Below, piece after piece: positions 27,911-32,000 of a stretch of DNA of 32,000 nt. The notes beneath the pieces are model-generated. The model did no database searches. It saw nothing but the letters and a program-made list of their open reading frames with translations, and had not been told where the DNA came from. Position 1 is the stretch's first letter. Each line of letters starts with the position of its first letter. Source of the DNA: Candidatus Saccharimonadota bacterium (GTDB lineage: Bacteria; Pseudomonadota; Alphaproteobacteria; Rickettsiales; Anaplasmataceae); NCBI RefSeq assembly GCF_013365475.1, contig NZ_CP046579.1:390001-422000 (forward strand), given 5' to 3'. The position numbers were made by a program, and so were the translations under genes.

Positions 27911-30571
27911 CTACTTCATGGTTTGCTTTAAAAGCTCCTTTTGTTGCTGTGCGTGTATACTAGCATAACCGCATGCTGAAGATGCAGCAGCAGGTCTTGC
28001 GATACACTTAGGCCTTTTTGCTTGAATATTAAGATTAAGCAATACTTCCTCTATCAATGGGTTAACGAAAAACCATCCTCCCATATTTTTTGGCTCTTCT
28101 TGACACCATACAATTTCAGCATTTTTGTATTTCTCAAGTTCTTTACTCAATTTGTTAAAAGGGAATGGATAAAATTGCTCTAACCGTATTATTGCTATAT
28201 CGTTTACTTTTTGTACTTCACATACTTCAATTATGTCATAATAAATCTTACCGCTGCATATTATAACTTTGCGTATTTTATTATCTGAAACTAAGCCTGC
28301 TCTGCATTCTGGAGTTACCATAAGGAACTTCCCTTCAAAATCTGGTAGATTAGAAACTGCTCTTTTGTGACGTAATAGCGATTTGTGTGTGAACACTACT
28401 AAAGGCTTACGGAAGTTTCGATGGATTTGCCTACGAAGAACATGAAAGTAATTTGCAGGAGTAGAGCAATTAACTACTTGCATATTATCCTCTGCACAAA
28501 GTTGTAAAAATCTTTCTATACGTGCTGAGCTATGCTCAGGTCCTTGTCCTTCATAACCATGAGGTAAAAGTAAAACTATACCACTAGATCTCAACCACTT
28601 TGTTTCTGCTGATGCAATGAACTGATCGATTATAATTTGTGCGCCATTTGCAAAATCACCAAACTGCCCTTCCCAAAGCACAAGTGAATATGGAGAATCA
28701 AGGCTATACCCATATTCGAAGCCCATTACAGCATACTCTGATAGGGCACTATCTATAACTTCAAAGTAGGCTTGTTCTTCATTTATATTATTCAGTGGAG
28801 TAAACACTTCTTCTGTTACTTGGTCAATAAGCTTTGAATGACGGTGAGAGAAAGTTCCTCGGCCAGAATCTTGACCTGACAAGCGCACTTCTATTCCTTC
28901 TGTAAGTAGTGACGCAAATGCAAGGCTTTCAGCCATTGCCCAGTCTATATTACTGCCAGAATTTATATTGTCTATTCTGATATCTAGTATTTTTCTGACT
29001 TTATTATTAATGTTGAAGCTATTTGGTATATTACTATTTATGTGAATACCTAATTTTTTTAGCTTATCTGATGATACTCCAGAATCTGTGTAGTATTCAT
29101 TCAAATCATTCAGTTTTGCTCTCCTAAGTTTTGACCATTCTCCACAGAACCAGTCAGCTTTTTTTGAAATGTATCTTGCTGATTCAGTGAGACTTTTATC
29201 TAACTTTGCTCTAAATTCACTGCGTAGTTTGTTTACCTCATTACTGCTTAGCACCTCTTCTTTAATTAACTTTTCTTCATATAGAATTCCAGGGGTTTTA
29301 TGCTTTGATATTATCTTGTACATAAGCGGTTGAGTAAAATTTGGTTCATCACCTTCATTGTGGCCATGTCTTCGGTAGCATATTATATCAATCACTACAT
29401 CTCTTTTAAACTTCTGTCTATATTCTACTGCTAAACTTGCAACAAAATTTACAGCTTCTGGGTTATCTCCATTCACGTGAAATACTGGAGCTTCTATTGA
29501 TTTTATTATGTCAGTGCAATAAAAAGATGAACGTGTGCAACATGGGTTGGCAGTAAAGCCAACTTGGTTATTAATGATAATATGTATGATACCATCTACT
29601 TTATAGCCTTTAATATTGCTTAAGGTTAAAGTTTCAGCAACTACTCCTTGACCTACGAAGGCTGAATCACCATGAACTAATACTCCAAGTGCAGACCTTG
29701 TTTTCTGTTTAGCTTTCACTCTCCCAGCTAAAACTGGATTTATTGCTTCAAGATGAGATGGATTATAGCATAAACTTAAATGTATTCTTTTTCCATTAGT
29801 AAGTGTTCGATCAGATGAATAACCAAGATGGTATTTGACGTCGCCAGATACCTCAAGATTATTTGGATATGCAAGGTTTCCTTGAAATTCAGATAATATT
29901 GCTGTATACTCTTTCCCCATAACTTTAGTTAGAACATTAAGCCTCCCGCGATGTGCCATACCCAAAACTACTTCTTTGATCCCAAGATCTACAGAACTAC
30001 CAATGATTTTTTCAATTGCGACAATAGCTGATTCTCCCCCTTCAATAGAGAAACGCTTATATCCAGGAAACTTAGTATGGAGAAACTGCTCAAACATCTC
30101 AGATTCAATCAAGTGTTTCAGTATTTCCTTTTTATCCTGTGAGCTCAGCACATAAACCTGATTTTCAATCTTCTCCTGTAACCACATTCTCTCATTGTAA
30201 GAGGAAATATGCATAAATTCAAAGCCCATATTCTTACAGTAAATATTTTTATATAATTCAGTATCATGTATTGGGAAGAAATTTGAATATTTTTGATAAT
30301 CTATTTCCTTATTCACGTTTGGTGATAGCGGATTGAGATCAGAAAAAAAATGACCGTAAGACCTAAAAAAATTTAATAAGCTAAAAATTGAGTCATTTGT
30401 CTTAGTTGTGTTCTGAGCACTCCAGACTTTATTAACTTCTAAATTGATTGAGAAAATTCTGTGCCAATCTTCTCCGATTGATTTATCCCCTTGCAAGTAA
30501 CGTCTATACATTTCCTCCAAGAATTCTACATTATCACCATAAAGGTAGGAGTTATTTTCAAAATTTGGCAT
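27911..30571 (-). CDS. sucA: 2-oxoglutarate dehydrogenase E1 component
   Basis: 886 aa. Motifs are MAHRGRLNVL, HGDSAFVGQGVV, NNQVGFT, CYRRHGHNEGDEP, GQDSGRGTFSHRH and LWEGQFGDFANGAQ. Confidence 0.95.
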   Translation of the reverse strand: MPNFENNSYLYGDNVEFLEEMYRRYLQGDKSIGEDWHRIFSINLEVNKVWSAQNTTKTNDSIFSLLNFFRSYGHFFSDLNPLSPNVNKEIDYQKYSNFFPIHDTELYKNIYCKNMGFEFMHISSYNERMWLQEKIENQVYVLSSQDKKEILKHLIESEMFEQFLHTKFPGYKRFSIEGGESAIVAIEKIIGSSVDLGIKEVVLGMAHRGRLNVLTKVMGKEYTAILSEFQGNLAYPNNLEVSGDVKYHLGYSSDRTLTNGKRIHLSLCYNPSHLEAINPVLAGRVKAKQKTRSALGVLVHGDSAFVGQGVVAETLTLSNIKGYKVDGIIHIIINNQVGFTANPCCTRSSFYCTDIIKSIEAPVFHVNGDNPEAVNFVASLAVEYRQKFKRDVVIDIICYRRHGHNEGDEPNFTQPLMYKIISKHKTPGILYEEKLIKEEVLSSNEVNKLRSEFRAKLDKSLTESARYISKKADWFCGEWSKLRRAKLNDLNEYYTDSGVSSDKLKKLGIHINSNIPNSFNINNKVRKILDIRIDNINSGSNIDWAMAESLAFASLLTEGIEVRLSGQDSGRGTFSHRHSKLIDQVTEEVFTPLNNINEEQAYFEVIDSALSEYAVMGFEYGYSLDSPYSLVLWEGQFGDFANGAQIIIDQFIASAETKWLRSSGIVLLLPHGYEGQGPEHSSARIERFLQLCAEDNMQVVNCSTPANYFHVLRRQIHRNFRKPLVVFTHKSLLRHKRAVSNLPDFEGKFLMVTPECRAGLVSDNKIRKVIICSGKIYYDIIEVCEVQKVNDIAIIRLEQFYPFPFNKLSKELEKYKNAEIVWCQEEPKNMGGWFFVNPLIEEVLLNLNIQAKRPKCIARPAAASSACGYASIHAQQQKELLKQTMK

Positions 30572-32000
30572 AGCTATACAAAAGATATCAAGTACTTATA
30601 AGTATAACTTAAGTTTCCTGAAAAAGAACTTTTTTGACATCTTGAATTAAGTCAGTGCATTATTGATTTCTTGAGAGTTATCTTCAATATTTAGTTAGAC
30701 AGTTTTTTCCAAGAAAAACTCTGACAAACTCAAGAGAAGGTTCTTTTTTCTATGTGAAATATGTCTTTGTTGCTACGGTGATTGGAAGATATGTGAAAAC
30801 TATATAAGTTACTTGTTGCTATAAAATGTCAAGAAGGGTACATACACAGGTAATGACATGGTACAAAATAGCAATAAGCTATATCTCCTATTGCTCAACT
30901 GTTTGAATAGTTTCTGGACAACACCTATGATAGTATACTTTAACTTTGCTGTTCTTCAAAAAGGAAAGATTCTATTAAATTACCATTATCATTCATAAAT
31001 CTTCATTCTAGCAGCTAGCACTAAATTTTAAAGAAAGACAGTTACAGATTAATACTATATCTCTGCAGGACATAATTAACGTTAACCTTGATTGGTATCG
31101 AAGTGATAGCTTTATTACCCTCTTAAGTGAAGTAACCTAGAAATAGATTTTTGATCTCCTACCATCTTTACTGTAGAGCAAATAATCATAATGTGAGTAG
31201 AGAATCATGCTATGTTATAGCTCATTCTATATATAGGATAAACGATTGTTGTTAGATATGTATCTTATTTCTGCTCTTAAATCTGAAAAATCCTTTTTAG
31301 AAATATTAAATTTCCCTTTGTGGGTATGTAAGTAAAACTTTGAATCTCGATATAATCTGATTTATCTGAATTTTCATTAGCTAGTTTTGTGACTTCTTAA
31401 ATACCTCTTTATTGTGAAGAACTAAGAATAACCTTATTCTTATGTTTCTGAGACTATTTGCAATAAATGTAATGTTAACAATATGCAAATAAACTTGCAG
31501 ATCTCTTCAGAGAGTTACTTGTGATGATTTCATGTAAACACCAGAATGATATTTATAGAGTTTCCAAGACAGTATCTTATTAGTTTAGTAATGTTCAATC
31601 TTGTAATTACAACATGACGTGATATTGAATTTTAAAATATAAAGTAAGGCAAAAGAAAACCTGTAATAACTGGTGTATGCTTTTTAAGCATGTAAACTGG
31701 CATTTTACTCTCTCTCAAAGCACTTCAGGTGTGCCCCCTATTCATATAGGAAAATCTTAGATTTTAACAAGAATATAGTGTTAATGTCATGTGCTTTTAT
31801 TATTCATGCAACCTTAGCATGTAAAAAATAAATACTTTTATTTTCGTGATAGGAGAACCAGTGAAACTTACTAATGTTTTAATCTTGTTTTTGTAATAGG
31901 AAATTAGCAGTTTTCCAAGTTGCACATCTAACCAATACTAGAGAGTATAACTTTACTTGCAGCTAAAGAGATAAAAAGTAAGAAGCTATTATAACTAATA

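Noticed and set aside
31687-31821. Two similar hairpin-plus-GTAAA units, ATGCTT-ttt-AAGCAT-GTAAA at 31687 and CATGC-aacctta-GCATG-TAAAA at 31805
   Set aside because: The shared word is only about 10 nt (AGCATGTAAA), the stems are 5-6 bp, and the flanks do not align. This is within chance expectation for AT-rich sequence.
1-32000. Search for CRISPR arrays, IS elements or transposases, integrases, prophage genes, rRNA, toxin-antitoxin pairs, restriction-modification or other defence islands
   Set aside because: No regularly spaced direct repeats were seen. No ORF has transposase, integrase, phage or defence-type motifs. The only tRNA (Phe) has no adjacent integrase or direct-repeat att-like duplication that I could see. 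The window looks like core chromosome.

Overview
This is a visibly AT-rich (roughly 70% A+T by eye) chromosomal segment carrying intact housekeeping genes. The genes are tsf(partial)-pyrH-frr-uppS-cdsA, a small zinc-finger protein, coaD, tRNA-Phe, an exported class-I amidotransferase/peptidase-C26-like protein, ppdK, glpX, ychF, a CCA-adding/poly(A) polymerase family enzyme, mrp, a UbiH-family monooxygenase, an MFS transporter, purA, a compact glutamine-synthetase-like protein, dnaA, a single-HKD PLD/Nuc protein, ubiD and sucA. PPDK plus class II FBPase, dnaA without dnaN, and very long ORF-free spacers fit an obligate intracellular alphaproteobacterium of the Anaplasmataceae, most like an Ehrlichia/Neoehrlichia-type genome. 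That placement is inference only, since no search was possible. I see no CRISPR array, IS or transposase, integrase, prophage, rRNA, or recognisable multi-gene defence or secretion system, and I cannot honestly claim a novel system here. The points most worth a second look are listed below. (1) About 29% of the window is ORF-free DNA, in seven blocks of 0.7-1.6 kb between full-length genes, some with degenerate direct repeats. (2) A signal-peptide-bearing C26/GATase1-like protein. (3) An Mrp/ApbC homolog lacks the canonical CxxC after ENMS but has a CxxCxC cluster about 40 residues downstream. (4) A 242-aa glutamine-synthetase catalytic-core-only protein lies divergent from dnaA. (5) A PLD/Nuc gene has its stop overlapping (TAATG) the start of a 68-codon ORF that resembles a truncated DUF497/BrnT-type toxin. 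All homology statements come from by-eye motif recognition and need HMM/BLAST confirmation.
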